Under the pieces are notes generated by a model. The model ran no database searches. It was not told the DNA's origin and worked only from the letters and a program-made list of their open reading frames with translations. DNA of 64,000 nucleotides, from contig DATKIP010000093.1 in NCBI GenBank assembly GCA_035544015.1, positions 281,454 through 345,453 of the forward strand, read 5' to 3'. The position numbers and the translations under genes are program-made. Shown here piece after piece: positions 1 through 9,195 of the stretch. The stretch comes from Candidatus Saccharimonadia bacterium. GTDB lineage: Bacteria > Patescibacteriota > Saccharimonadia > UBA4664. Each line of letters opens with the position of its first letter. Positions within the stretch are counted from its first letter, which is position 1.

Positions 1-56
1 CTCGGGCGGGTTTGCCGGCGGCGGGGGAGGCGGAGGTGGGGGCGGCGGCTGGTAGC

Positions 57-1292
57 CTACGCCCGCCGCGTCAAAATCTCCCGAATCCCCAGTTTGCGAG
101 CGTACTCAAGCGAACCAAAGCGGAAGATTCGAATCGCCAGCGCCATCAGCAGCGCCCCGGTCACGTACAAAATCACGAGGCCAACCGCCGTCTCGCCGGC
201 CGATAAATTGCCCACCGCATTACGCAGCATGAGCGTAATCGGCGCCGTGAGCGGGAAAAAGCTCATCACCTTCACCACCAATTGGTCGGGCGAAGTCACG
301 ATCGCCCCCAACGCGTAAAACGGCACAAATACCAGAATCATCGCCACCGCAAAAAACCCGCCGGCCTCTTTGGCCGTAGGCACGGCCGCCCCAATCGCTA
401 CCAGCAGCCCCGTAAACAGCAAGAATCCACCGAGAAAAATCGCCGCGCCCACCCCAATCGGCCAGGGCGCAAAACTCACCTGCGACAAATCCAGCACCGG
501 AATATTCAGCACCTCGCGAAACCCGAAATACCCCACGAGCACCGGTACCAAAATCGCCACAATTTGAATAATCCCCAGCCCCACCAGCGACAATATTTTG
601 CCCACAATAATCGTCCGGGCCGTCACCGAGGTCAAAATCATCTCAATGACCCGATTTTCTTTCTCCTCCGTGGTACTCGTGAGCATTTGGTTACCCAATA
701 GCACAATCACAGCGTAAAACAGCACCAGGAACAACCCCGGCGCCACCGCCCGACCAAACCCCTTGGTTTCTTGGCCGTCTTTGTAGGTCACCACACTCAC
801 GTCGGGCGGCGTTTGCAGCAAACTCACCGCCTCGCCACCGCCCAGCTTGGCCGTCACCCCAGCCTTCAACAAGGCCGATGCCGCAGCCGAATACTTAGCA
901 TTATTGATAATACCATCGTCCTTGGCGTACACCTCAACCGCATGCTGCGCCGGCCCCACCGGATAATATACAAATGCATCAACCTGCCCCCGCTTCACCA
1001 TCTCGATGCCACTGGCCTTACCGACCACGATTTTAGCTCCCGCCGCCCGTAACACCTCCGGACCCACCAGGCCCGACGCATCTTCGACCGCTATCGAAAA
1101 CTGGCTCTGCTGCACCTTTTGGTCGGCCTCGTTCGACACCTGGCTCGAAAAATACGACAGCGCAATCACCGCCGCCAGCAGCACCGGAATCGACAACGTT
1201 CGCACCCAAAAACTCCGCTTGCTCAACGTACGCGCAAATTCAAACCGAGCCACTGTATGCAATCTACCCAACCGGCACCTCCGTTGGCTCAC
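57..1292 (-). CDS. ABC-2 type transporter permease (polytopic membrane protein)
   Basis: 411-aa ORF with six or more hydrophobic helices in its C-terminal half. Its start overlaps the stop of the upstream ABC ATPase gene by 29 nt, indicating an operon. Family-level call only. Confidence 0.6.
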   Translation of the reverse strand: MSQRRCRLGRLHTVARFEFARTLSKRSFWVRTLSIPVLLAAVIALSYFSSQVSNEADQKVQQSQFSIAVEDASGLVGPEVLRAAGAKIVVGKASGIEMVKRGQVDAFVYYPVGPAQHAVEVYAKDDGIINNAKYSAAASALLKAGVTAKLGGGEAVSLLQTPPDVSVVTYKDGQETKGFGRAVAPGLFLVLFYAVIVLLGNQMLTSTTEEKENRVIEMILTSVTARTIIVGKILSLVGLGIIQIVAILVPVLVGYFGFREVLNIPVLDLSQVSFAPWPIGVGAAIFLGGFLLFTGLLVAIGAAVPTAKEAGGFFAVAMILVFVPFYALGAIVTSPDQLVVKVMSFFPLTAPITLMLRNAVGNLSAGETAVGLVILYVTGALLMALAIRIFRFGSLEYARKLGIREILTRRA

Positions 1293-2187
1293 TATAAATG
1301 TTCACAAAAATATCATCGAGCGACGATCGCCGCAGCTCAAACTTCGTAATCACCAGATCATGATGTCCCACCAGCTCCTCCAACACCTGCTGGGGCGTAC
1401 ACCCGTCCGCGGCCACCAGCTCAGCCGAACGCTTGCCCGCTAGCTTTGCCTCGTATCGCCGCCCCTTCAGCGGCAATTGACCGTTAAATTCCAAATCAAT
1501 CACCTCCTCACCGTACTCGCGGCGAATCTCGTCCACCGTCCCGTAGAGCCGACGCCGGCCGTCCTTGAGCAAAATCACCCGGTCGCACAACCGCTCCACT
1601 TCTTCCATCTGGTGCGTCACCAGAATCACCGTAGCACCGCGCCGACTGTGCTCCTCCACAATCTCCATCAGCAAACGCCGGTTCACCGGATCAAATCCCT
1701 TCGTGGGCTCATCCAGAATCATGAGTTCCGGGTCGTTCATAATCGTCACCCCCAGTTGGATTTTTTGCTGCTGCCCACCCGACAGCTTCTCGATCGCCAC
1801 GTGAGCTTTGTCGGCCAAGCCCACCCGCTCCAGGTACGTTAGCGACCACGCCCGCGCCGCCGGCCGGCTCATCCAGCGCAATTCACCAAAGTACAGCATG
1901 GTATCGAGCACCGATTCTTTCTTGTACAACCCACGCTCTTCGGGCAAATAGCCCAAAAACGCGCTCATGCTCGGATCATAATGCCGGCCTTTCACAAGCA
2001 ACTCGCCGGCCGTCGGCTCGAAAATCCCCAGCAGCGTCCGAATGGTTGTGGTCTTGCCCGAGCCATTCGAGCCCAAAAAAGCAAACGTTTCGCCGGCATT
2101 CACCTCAAACGACAGGTCATCAATCACAACGTTATCGCCAAACTGCATGCGAAAATTAGCAATTGAAACAATGGGGGAGGCGCTCAT
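1264..2187 (-). CDS. ABC transporter ATP-binding protein
   Basis: Walker A motif GSNGSGKTT and ABC signature LSGGQQQK, followed by a Walker B motif ending in DEPT, then an H-loop. 307 aa. Co-directional with the permease at 57..1292. Confidence 0.85.
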   Translation of the reverse strand: MSASPIVSIANFRMQFGDNVVIDDLSFEVNAGETFAFLGSNGSGKTTTIRTLLGIFEPTAGELLVKGRHYDPSMSAFLGYLPEERGLYKKESVLDTMLYFGELRWMSRPAARAWSLTYLERVGLADKAHVAIEKLSGGQQQKIQLGVTIMNDPELMILDEPTKGFDPVNRRLLMEIVEEHSRRGATVILVTHQMEEVERLCDRVILLKDGRRRLYGTVDEIRREYGEEVIDLEFNGQLPLKGRRYEAKLAGKRSAELVAADGCTPQQVLEELVGHHDLVITKFELRRSSLDDIFVNIYSEPTEVPVG

Positions 2188-2231
2188 AAATGTTAGTATA
2201 CCGCGGGAACAATCAGATATATACTAGGCGC

Positions 2232-3071
2232 ATGAGCAGCCTGCGCTTCCGCAAAATTTCTGTTCCCGGAGCCTCGGCGGCCTACGCCCCCACCACAATC
2301 GACCTCAAATTCTCCACCACCACGGCCGTCGAAAACCATCGCCTCCATCTCCTCGCCCACATCCCCTGGCACGACAAGTATCTCGCTCACGTACCCCAGG
2401 CCTACCGCAATTTTTTCAAATTTGTCCTGCCCTATCTCAGTACCCGCACAAGCGACGTCCATACCGCCATTTCGCTGGGCTTCGTAAACGAACTCATCAC
2501 CAACATCGACCCCGGCACCAACCCCTACCTGGCCCATCTCGCCGTCACATTACACGATTGCGGCTGGTGTCGCGTGGATGACGCCCAGATCGCCGACAGC
2601 CTCGATTACTCCGGGGTAATCTTCACCCCCGCCGCCGCCATGGCCAAACACCTCCACACCGTTCACGGCAGCCAACTCGCAGCCGAACTCCTGCGCCACT
2701 ACGACTTTGCCCAACCATTAAGCTCAAGCGAAATAGACCTCATCAGCAACATCGCGCTCTGGCATGAACGTCCGCTCGAATATCAAATCAACGGCCGCAC
2801 CCCCAGTGCGCTCCTCGTAGCCTGTGAAGCCGACCGATTATGGCCATTTACCCACGAAAACTTTTGGCTCGATGTCGTCCGCAAAGGGGTAGAGCCAGGT
2901 GCCTACATCCAAAACGTCGGCACCTCGGTCGAAGGCCTGTTCCTCACCCCGGTCGGCCAAACCATCGCCTGGCGGCTCATCAACGAGCGCATCACCGAAG
3001 TCGCCGAATACGAAACATTTATGGCGCGACAAACGCCAACGGCGCCGATCTTGCGCACCGCTACCGCCTAG
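2232..3071 (+). CDS. hypothetical protein, possible HD-domain phosphohydrolase
   Basis: Long ORF (track start 2190; internal Met at 2232 chosen). Spaced His / His-Asp residues (HTAISLGF ... LHDCGW ... LWHER) are reminiscent of the HD metal-dependent phosphohydrolase motif. Weak call. Confidence 0.35.
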   Translation: MSSLRFRKISVPGASAAYAPTTIDLKFSTTTAVENHRLHLLAHIPWHDKYLAHVPQAYRNFFKFVLPYLSTRTSDVHTAISLGFVNELITNIDPGTNPYLAHLAVTLHDCGWCRVDDAQIADSLDYSGVIFTPAAAMAKHLHTVHGSQLAAELLRHYDFAQPLSSSEIDLISNIALWHERPLEYQINGRTPSALLVACEADRLWPFTHENFWLDVVRKGVEPGAYIQNVGTSVEGLFLTPVGQTIAWRLINERITEVAEYETFMARQTPTAPILRTATA

Positions 3072-3076
3072 CCGCC

Positions 3077-3961
3077 ATGAGTCAAACCCCACCGCAATTT
3101 GTCCGCCAATCCACCGCGCCACTCTACCCGCAGGTGCTTTACAGCCGCCCCGTCACGCGTCGGGCCGGCGGCCGGCTGCTCGTGGTAGGCGGCCACGTCG
3201 GCGAATTCAGCCTCCCCACCGCCATGCACCAGTTTGCCACCGCCGCCGGCATCGGCGAGTGCACCGTCATCATGCCCGAGACGCTGGCGAAATTCTTGGG
3301 CGGCGCGCCTGGCACAGCCTTCGCCGCCGCCACACCATCCGGATCGCTCGGCGGTGAAGCCCTGGGCCGCATCCTCGAGCTCAGCGAAGAGGCCGATGCC
3401 GTGGCTATCGGCCCCAGCCTCTCAAATAATTCCGCCACCGCCATCCTCGCCGAACGCCTCGCCGCCGAGATCCAGCGCCCGCTCATCGCCTGCGACGACG
3501 GCCTAGTGGCGCTCCGGCAAACGCTCCCGGCCGTCACCGACAATCCCGAAGCACTGATCATTCTCACCATGGCCGAGCTCTTCAAGCTAGCCGGCGCGCT
3601 CGGCGTCGCCATCAACATCCGCCCCGGCGCCGGCCTCATAAACAAACTCGAAATCATCCAAAACGTCGCCGCTGCCAGCCGCGCAGCCTATGCCGTCTAC
3701 GGCACCGAAATCATCATTGCCGCCGGCGCCGAGCTCATCGTCACGCCCATCAACTACCGACTCTCGCTCACCCCGGCGCTCTTCTATGGCGCCCTCAGCA
3801 CTTTTTGGATCCAAAACCACGCCCAACCCGCCGCCGGACTCGCCACCGCCGCCTACCTCATCGCCCGCGCCGGCGACGACCTCGGACCTACCGACACCCC
3901 CACGGCTTCCGGACTAGCCATCGCGCTCACAAACGCCATCAAACAAGCCGAGAATTTCTAA
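3077..3961 (+). CDS. carbohydrate-kinase-like / YjeF C-terminal-like protein (NAD(P)HX dehydratase family, tentative)
   Basis: Ala/Gly-rich Rossmann-like protein of about 295 aa. The IGPSL motif and overall length resemble the YjeF_C / ADP-dependent NAD(P)H-hydrate dehydratase family, but the canonical GGxGD motif is not obvious. Start taken at ATG 3077, just after the stop of the upstream ORF. Confidence 0.4.
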   Translation: MSQTPPQFVRQSTAPLYPQVLYSRPVTRRAGGRLLVVGGHVGEFSLPTAMHQFATAAGIGECTVIMPETLAKFLGGAPGTAFAAATPSGSLGGEALGRILELSEEADAVAIGPSLSNNSATAILAERLAAEIQRPLIACDDGLVALRQTLPAVTDNPEALIILTMAELFKLAGALGVAINIRPGAGLINKLEIIQNVAAASRAAYAVYGTEIIIAAGAELIVTPINYRLSLTPALFYGALSTFWIQNHAQPAAGLATAAYLIARAGDDLGPTDTPTASGLAIALTNAIKQAENF

Positions 3962-4707
3962 GCCGTACCCGGTCGCTTATCCCAAGGTATAGCCTTCAGC
4001 ATCTCGCCATACAAATCCTCATCGAGCGGAATCCGCAAACTCTGAAGCTCCTCGGCCGTCGGATTACGATCCTGAAATTCCACCATATCCGCCCCCTCGA
4101 TCACCACGATCGGCGTTCGCTGCGCTCCTTCGCCCATCATCAGCACCGCCGCCGCCGCCAAACCGTCCACCATACTCGCATACGTATACTTCAGATCATA
4201 CGTCCCAAACACATCCGGCGTTCCCACATAATTATGCAACGGCGCAAACCCGCTGTGCGCCAGCCCCAAGCCCACCGTACCGCGGCGCATCGGCGTAATC
4301 CGGCTATCCGTCATCAACACCCCCACTTCGCGCCCGAATCGCCGGCGCAGATGCTCCCGGATCCGATTGGCACTGGCCTGCGGGTCGTCCGGCCACAAGA
4401 TATAATTCCCATCACCATTCGATTCATCAATCCCCGCCGAGGCTATCAAAATATCGCGATTCACCGTCACCATCACGCCGTAGGGATTATATTCCGGCGG
4501 CAGGTAATACTCCGATTCGCGCCGTACCAAGGCTTCTTTCGCCTCCGCGCCAAACTTCACCACCCGGCCCTCGCACAGCGACACCACCTTCGCCGTCACC
4601 GCCAAAATCGACCGCTCCGGCATGTCTGTCACATACCGGTCCACCAGCTCCAGGAGGTCAAGCTCCCCAGCCCGCACCGCGTCGGTTTGAATCGTCGTTA
4701 ACTTCAC
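3958..4707 (-). CDS. CofE-like gamma-glutamyl ligase family protein (F420-0:gamma-glutamyl ligase family)
   Basis: 249 aa. SAGIDESNG-type motif, KVVS...EGR segment, and length and layout typical of the CofE / FbiB N-domain family. GTG start at 4707 overlaps the TGA stop of the upstream gene, forming GTGA. Confidence 0.55.
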   Translation of the reverse strand: MKLTTIQTDAVRAGELDLLELVDRYVTDMPERSILAVTAKVVSLCEGRVVKFGAEAKEALVRRESEYYLPPEYNPYGVMVTVNRDILIASAGIDESNGDGNYILWPDDPQASANRIREHLRRRFGREVGVLMTDSRITPMRRGTVGLGLAHSGFAPLHNYVGTPDVFGTYDLKYTYASMVDGLAAAAVLMMGEGAQRTPIVVIEGADMVEFQDRNPTAEELQSLRIPLDEDLYGEMLKAIPWDKRPGTA

Positions 4708-5378
4708 GCCCGGCCTTTCACAAATCGATAATGCAAGTATACCTCGTCACCCTCAGCGCGATGATCCAGCAATTCGAGCTCGGGCACCTCATCGGGCGCA
4801 AATAACACCCCGTTAATCATAGTGGGCGTACCAAACGACGTCCCAAACAGCTTCGGCGCCACCGTCACGTACAGATCGTCCACGAGCCCCGCCGCCACCC
4901 ACGCGCCAAACAGCCGCGGTCCCGCCTCAAGCGCCCCAGCCCGCCAGCCCTCGGCCGCCATGCGATCGTGCAAAGCCGGCAAATCCACCTGCCCCGACCC
5001 CTGCCGCCACACCTCTACGCCCGCCGGCACCGAAGGCAGCTGCGCCTCCTCGGTCGTCGCCACGATCACCCGCAACACCGCGCCCTTGGGATCCACCTGC
5101 GCCAAGAGCGCCTCATCTGGATGCGCGCTCACCACCACATACACATACGGCCCCGCATGCTCATACCGCGCCAAAGCCGCCCCAAACTCCGGCGACCGCA
5201 AGCGGCCAAGGTGATCGTGGCTCATGGCCGTCAGCCGGCCGTGCACGAGCACATCGCACTGCGCCCGCAGGTCGAGCAGCTGAGCCAAATCCGCCGCCGA
5301 GCCGATCGGCCAATAGTCCGCACCCGGCCCCTGCACCTTGCCGTCAACGGTCATCACAAAATTGGCCGCGAGCTTCAC
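4704..5378 (-). CDS. RibD C-terminal domain / dihydrofolate-reductase-family protein
   Basis: The MTVDGKV start region and VAPKLFG / GLVDDL motifs are typical of the RibD_C (DHFR-like reductase) fold. Likely GTG start at 5378 overlaps the TGA stop of the yhhQ-like gene (GTGA). The ORF track extends to 5408. Confidence 0.55.
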   Translation of the reverse strand: MKLAANFVMTVDGKVQGPGADYWPIGSAADLAQLLDLRAQCDVLVHGRLTAMSHDHLGRLRSPEFGAALARYEHAGPYVYVVVSAHPDEALLAQVDPKGAVLRVIVATTEEAQLPSVPAGVEVWRQGSGQVDLPALHDRMAAEGWRAGALEAGPRLFGAWVAAGLVDDLYVTVAPKLFGTSFGTPTMINGVLFAPDEVPELELLDHRAEGDEVYLHYRFVKGRA

Positions 5379-6034
5379 GCAGTCTTGCTCTTGTCGCCGC
5401 GCAACCATGCCACACCGGCATACACCAGCGGCGTCTCAATCACCGACATCAAACATTTCAGCAGCCAGTAGGGGATACCAACTCCCAGCAAGAAGCTCAA
5501 ATTATCGCCCAGTCCCAAAGCCGGCACATAGAACGCCAAGGTCATAAAAATCGCGGTGTCAAAGAATTGCGACACTACATTGGAGATGTTATTGCGGAAC
5601 CACAAAGCTTTTTTGTGCATGCGCTCGCGCAATTTCGAGAACACCATCACATCAAGCAAACTCGCCAAGCCAAAGGCCACCAAACTCGCCGCCGCCATCC
5701 GAATCGACGTGCCAAATACCTTATCGTAGCTGGGCTCCATAGCCGCGAAACGCGTAGACGGGGGCAAATTTGTCACCGCCAGCGCATACACCATCAGGAG
5801 CGCAATCACGATCACTCCACACATTACCAAGCTGCGCGCCCGATCCCGGCCATACACCTCCACCATCACATCCACGGCCGAAAACATCAGCGGCACTACC
5901 AAAATAGCTACGCTGGCATTGAGGTGAAATCCGAAAATCGTCCCCAGCGGAACTATCTTAGCCCCCATCAGCTCGGAAACCACAATACACAGAATATACA
6001 GCGACACTACCAGATCAAGGCGATTAATCTTCAC
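5375..6034 (-). CDS. YhhQ/DUF165 (VUT) family transporter, queuosine-precursor-transporter-like
   Basis: 219-aa polytopic membrane protein with the conserved layout of YhhQ-family 7-deazapurine / vitamin uptake transporters (e.g. the FFDT and YVPALG segments). Confidence 0.55.
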   Translation of the reverse strand: MKINRLDLVVSLYILCIVVSELMGAKIVPLGTIFGFHLNASVAILVVPLMFSAVDVMVEVYGRDRARSLVMCGVIVIALLMVYALAVTNLPPSTRFAAMEPSYDKVFGTSIRMAAASLVAFGLASLLDVMVFSKLRERMHKKALWFRNNISNVVSQFFDTAIFMTLAFYVPALGLGDNLSFLLGVGIPYWLLKCLMSVIETPLVYAGVAWLRGDKSKTA

Positions 6035-6204
6035 GCGGTACTCCCGTTTACGGCTTAATTATCCGCCCAAAGCATACCCGCCCGCAGCCGTTTTAGCCAG
6101 CTTAAGACCCAAATCGCCAACCCAACCCTCGTTCTTACCTTGACAAAATACCCAATTAGCGGTAAAAATACTCCACGCGTTCCCACTACTGATCGGAGAC
6201 GAAC

Positions 6205-7137
6205 GTGAGTACCGTTTTGTCATCGCGCCTGCCGGGCGCGCAACGCCGGGCCGCCGCCAACTGCTTGGCGATGGACATCGCCCACGCAGCCGCCTTGCTG
6301 GAGCAGCTGGAAGCCGACGACGTCGGCGCCCACTACCAGCTCAGCGAAGTCGTGCCGGGATACTTGCGCGTGACCTGGGCTACGCTCCTGCAGGACCACG
6401 GCTACAACAAGGAATACCGCGCCGCCGTCGCGGCCTACCAGCACCGACGCAACTACGAGAAGACGGTCCCTGAGCTCACGGCCGTCATGTCCACCTGGGC
6501 CGATCCGAACGGCAGCCTGGCCGCGCGGTTCGAGGCCGGCATCGCGGCGCGCCGCATCTGGGAGGACGTCTACACCAAGACCCGGCTGCCCAACGAGTAC
6601 CTCGGTCGCCTCACCACCAAGTGCGGCTCCCGGCCCCCGTCGAAGCAGCTCCAGACAGTCCTCGACGCCTACGTGCAGCAGCTGACGACCGCCGCCCAGA
6701 CCACCGGCACCGCCGCCGACAACCTGGCGGCGGCGGCCTTCGCGAAGCTTCGCCAGCTCCGGGACCGCGTCGACACGCGCTACCCCGGATTGCAGCCGCC
6801 GAACCACTGCTTCCACCTCGGCCTCACCTGGCCGACAATCCCCGACTGGAAGGAGCTCGTCAGCCGCTTCGTCAACGCACCGACGACCTGGGACCTCAAC
6901 CTGCCACCCGAGGTGGTTCCCGCCGAGTTCGTCTACGACGCCGCCCAAGTGCTCCACTCCGGCTCCGGAGCCACCCGAACCGATGCCCAGGGCCTCCAGG
7001 CCTACCTCAACGCCAGCCCCGGGCTGCGGGCGCTCACTCCCGACCTGCTGCAAACCGCCGTCGCGTGGTTCGCCGCCAACGGCGAGCGGCTCCCGATCGA
7101 CCGCTGGCTGACGGCCAGCACTGAGTCCACCCCCTAA
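6205..7137 (+). CDS. hypothetical protein (atypically high-GC gene)
   Basis: GTG start preceded by GGAGA. The 310-aa protein has normal complexity, whereas the fully overlapping antisense ORF 6220..7212 is Gly/Arg low-complexity, so the + frame is preferred. No recognisable domain. Confidence 0.45.
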   Translation: MSTVLSSRLPGAQRRAAANCLAMDIAHAAALLEQLEADDVGAHYQLSEVVPGYLRVTWATLLQDHGYNKEYRAAVAAYQHRRNYEKTVPELTAVMSTWADPNGSLAARFEAGIAARRIWEDVYTKTRLPNEYLGRLTTKCGSRPPSKQLQTVLDAYVQQLTTAAQTTGTAADNLAAAAFAKLRQLRDRVDTRYPGLQPPNHCFHLGLTWPTIPDWKELVSRFVNAPTTWDLNLPPEVVPAEFVYDAAQVLHSGSGATRTDAQGLQAYLNASPGLRALTPDLLQTAVAWFAANGERLPIDRWLTASTESTP

Positions 7138-7193
7138 CCGCCGGCCACCGCGCCGGCCCAACCCGCACCATCTGCACGGCCAACAGCCGAGCA

Positions 7194-7226
7194 GAGGCCC
7201 CCGACGGATCATTCGTCGGGGGCCTC
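7194..7226. terminator. perfect 13-bp-stem palindromic hairpin (bidirectional terminator candidate)
   Basis: GAGGCCCCCGACG-gatcatt-CGTCGGGGGCCTC, sitting between the convergent genes 6205..7137 (+) and 7232..8473 (-). Confidence 0.6.
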
Positions 7227-7231
7227 GCTAT

Positions 7232-8473
7232 TTAATCGCCTGTCGTGCAGCTGCCCACGCCCACCGCCTCCGTCCTACCGCTTGCCATAGCCAAAAACGG
7301 CTCCACCACTTTGGTGGTCAACGCGTAGCCCACATCGTTCGAATACAGCGATCGCGCCAGCACCATACCTGCTACCGAACCGTCCGGCAGCACCACCGGC
7401 CCGCCCGAATTACCCGGCCGTATCGCCGCCTCGAGCGAGTACATCGGCCGCTCCACCCGACCCCGACCATAAATGTCGTACCCCGTAATCACCCCCCTAT
7501 CCAAAATACCCGCCGACTCCCCCGTAAACGGCCCGCCGTCTGGATACCCAAGCACCACCGCCTTGGCCCCTGCCGCCGACTCATCCGGCGCCAGCCGCAA
7601 CGGTTTACCCGCCACATGTTCCACCCGCAACAGCGCAATATCATTACCCGGATCAAACGCCACCACCGTCGCCGCATGAATCCCCGTGCGATCCACCGCA
7701 AACGGCCGCTTGATGCCCGCCACCACGTGCGCCGCCGTCAATACTTCATCCGGACCCGCCACAAAACCGCCGCCGCTCACCAAACCGCCGCAGCCCAGTC
7801 CCTCCACGCGCACCGTCGAGTCACCATCGAGCGCCACCACTTTGTCTACCAATGCCTGCTCAGCCGTATCCACCGATTTCGCCGGCGCCGGCTCCAAGCC
7901 CACAAACACCTGCGGGATGCCGTTCGGATCAATGAACGATTGCAGCCGCGTCACCCCCAACGGAGGCGGCGGCGCCACCCGCGTCAAAAACCGCAGCATC
8001 AGCGAATGCTGCAACCCCGTCGCAAACCATCCAAACGATGTCGTGAGCACCATGCCCGAAACCAACCACACCAAAATCAAGCTCGTGGCCCCGCTCAGCA
8101 CCGCCCCCATGATCGCACCTCCCCGGTGCAAGCCAGCCAGCCGTGGCGTTGCCCGCCGAAGGTCCAGCCCCAGGCGATCGCCCGCAAAACCCATAAACAA
8201 CCCCACACCCAGCACCACCCCAAACGCAATCGCCATGCGGCCCAGTCGATTAGCCGTCATAGTAACCGCAATCGGCACCAGCTGCATACCCAGAAACACC
8301 CCCAGGAAAAAGCCAATATCGGCCAACACCTGCCGCGTGAAACCCAGCCGGCGACCGTGAATCACATTCACGAGCACCAGCGCCACCACTAAAAGATCGA
8401 TGCCAAAGGCAACGATAATGCCGGATATACTCAAAAACGGCGCGAAAGCAACAAAATAAGTGCCAATCGACAT
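7232..8473 (-). CDS. CvpA-family membrane domain fused to trypsin-like serine protease (MarP-like)
   Basis: N-terminal four hydrophobic helices (CvpA-like). C-terminal chymotrypsin-fold motifs TAAHVV, DIALL and GNSGGP. The architecture matches the mycobacterial MarP (Rv3671c) family. Confidence 0.75.
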   Translation of the reverse strand: MSIGTYFVAFAPFLSISGIIVAFGIDLLVVALVLVNVIHGRRLGFTRQVLADIGFFLGVFLGMQLVPIAVTMTANRLGRMAIAFGVVLGVGLFMGFAGDRLGLDLRRATPRLAGLHRGGAIMGAVLSGATSLILVWLVSGMVLTTSFGWFATGLQHSLMLRFLTRVAPPPPLGVTRLQSFIDPNGIPQVFVGLEPAPAKSVDTAEQALVDKVVALDGDSTVRVEGLGCGGLVSGGGFVAGPDEVLTAAHVVAGIKRPFAVDRTGIHAATVVAFDPGNDIALLRVEHVAGKPLRLAPDESAAGAKAVVLGYPDGGPFTGESAGILDRGVITGYDIYGRGRVERPMYSLEAAIRPGNSGGPVVLPDGSVAGMVLARSLYSNDVGYALTTKVVEPFLAMASGRTEAVGVGSCTTGD

Positions 8474-8633
8474 TACTTATCATCATAGTAGTTATGCTTA
8501 TACTTTGCCATTCGTCAATATTCCAAAGTCTCCGCTCAATCAAGCCCAACTCTTCAGACAATCAACCCAATATCCGCCGCCATGACCAGCCTAATATAAT
8601 CAGGTCCGCTCCACGCGACCACGGGGGACGATC

Positions 8634-9053
8634 ATGCAGCTCATGCTCACCGCACCGGCCAACCCCGCCTGGAGGCACCGCAAAAGCTTCCGAGCCTGGT
8701 ACGCCCAGCTAGGGGCCCGGGAATCCAGCCCCCGCACAGAAACCGACCCCATCACCGCCCAAAAGATCGTTACGCTGGTAGATCTCACTTCTCCGCAGGC
8801 CCAGATACTGGACGAGCTCCTCGGCAATCATCCCGCCTGTCCAACGCCTCCCCACGCAGACGGGACCGAGCTCACCTCCAGCCGTCATCGCATTATCGTA
8901 GAGTGGTATTCCACCATCTGTCCCAGAAACCAGGCGGGACTCTTCGACCAGACCCTCCATCCGGACGCCCTCACCCCCCAAGGACTCGCATCTGCTCTCT
9001 GCCCCTGTATTGGATGGCGCATAGCCATCTCCAAAACCAGCGAACCGGCGTAA
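8634..9053 (+). CDS. hypothetical protein
   Basis: 139-aa ORF downstream of an AT-rich promoter-like region. Stem-loop immediately downstream (9068..9094). No domain recognised. Confidence 0.35.
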   Translation: MQLMLTAPANPAWRHRKSFRAWYAQLGARESSPRTETDPITAQKIVTLVDLTSPQAQILDELLGNHPACPTPPHADGTELTSSRHRIIVEWYSTICPRNQAGLFDQTLHPDALTPQGLASALCPCIGWRIAISKTSEPA

Positions 9054-9067
9054 CCCCCACCTACCCT

Positions 9068-9094
9068 GCTACCGGGGACCCCATCCCCGGTAGC
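9068..9094 (+). terminator. stem-loop terminator candidate
   Basis: GCTACCGGGGA-cccca-TCCCCGGTAGC, a perfect 11-bp stem, 15 nt after the stop of ORF 8634..9053. Confidence 0.5.
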
Positions 9095-9118
9095 ATTCCC
9101 AATTCACACCCACTTTCA

Positions 9119-9146
9119 TTGACCAAAAGGGGGAAAGTTGTATAAT
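9119..9146 (+). promoter_or_regulatory. sigma-70-like promoter (TTGACC -35, 16-nt spacer, TATAAT -10)
   Basis: TTGACC at 9119..9124 and TATAAT at 9141..9146, followed by a GGAGG ribosome-binding site and ATG at 9196. Confidence 0.5.
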
Positions 9147-9195
9147 AAGTAAGCTCCTGCATCCCGACCCCGTCCCGATCCTCCTGGAGGAACCG

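Noticed and set aside
2840-3076. 5' extension of the Nnr-like ORF overlapping the previous gene
   Set aside because: The extension overlaps the 3' end of ORF 2232..3071 in another frame and is Arg/Pro-rich. An internal ATG at 3077, directly after the upstream stop, gives a tidy non-overlapping operon arrangement.
3805-4701. 298-aa Arg/His-rich + strand ORF
   Set aside because: Antisense to the CofE-like gene. Extreme basic low-complexity composition.
6220-7212. 330-aa minus-strand ORF fully overlapping gene 6205..7137
   Set aside because: Gly/Arg/Pro low-complexity translation typical of an antisense shadow ORF in high-GC DNA. The + strand product has normal composition.
7616-8392. Arg/His/Pro-rich + strand ORFs (7616..8392, 7686..8360)
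   Set aside because: Antisense to the MarP-like protease gene. Composition typical of shadow frames.
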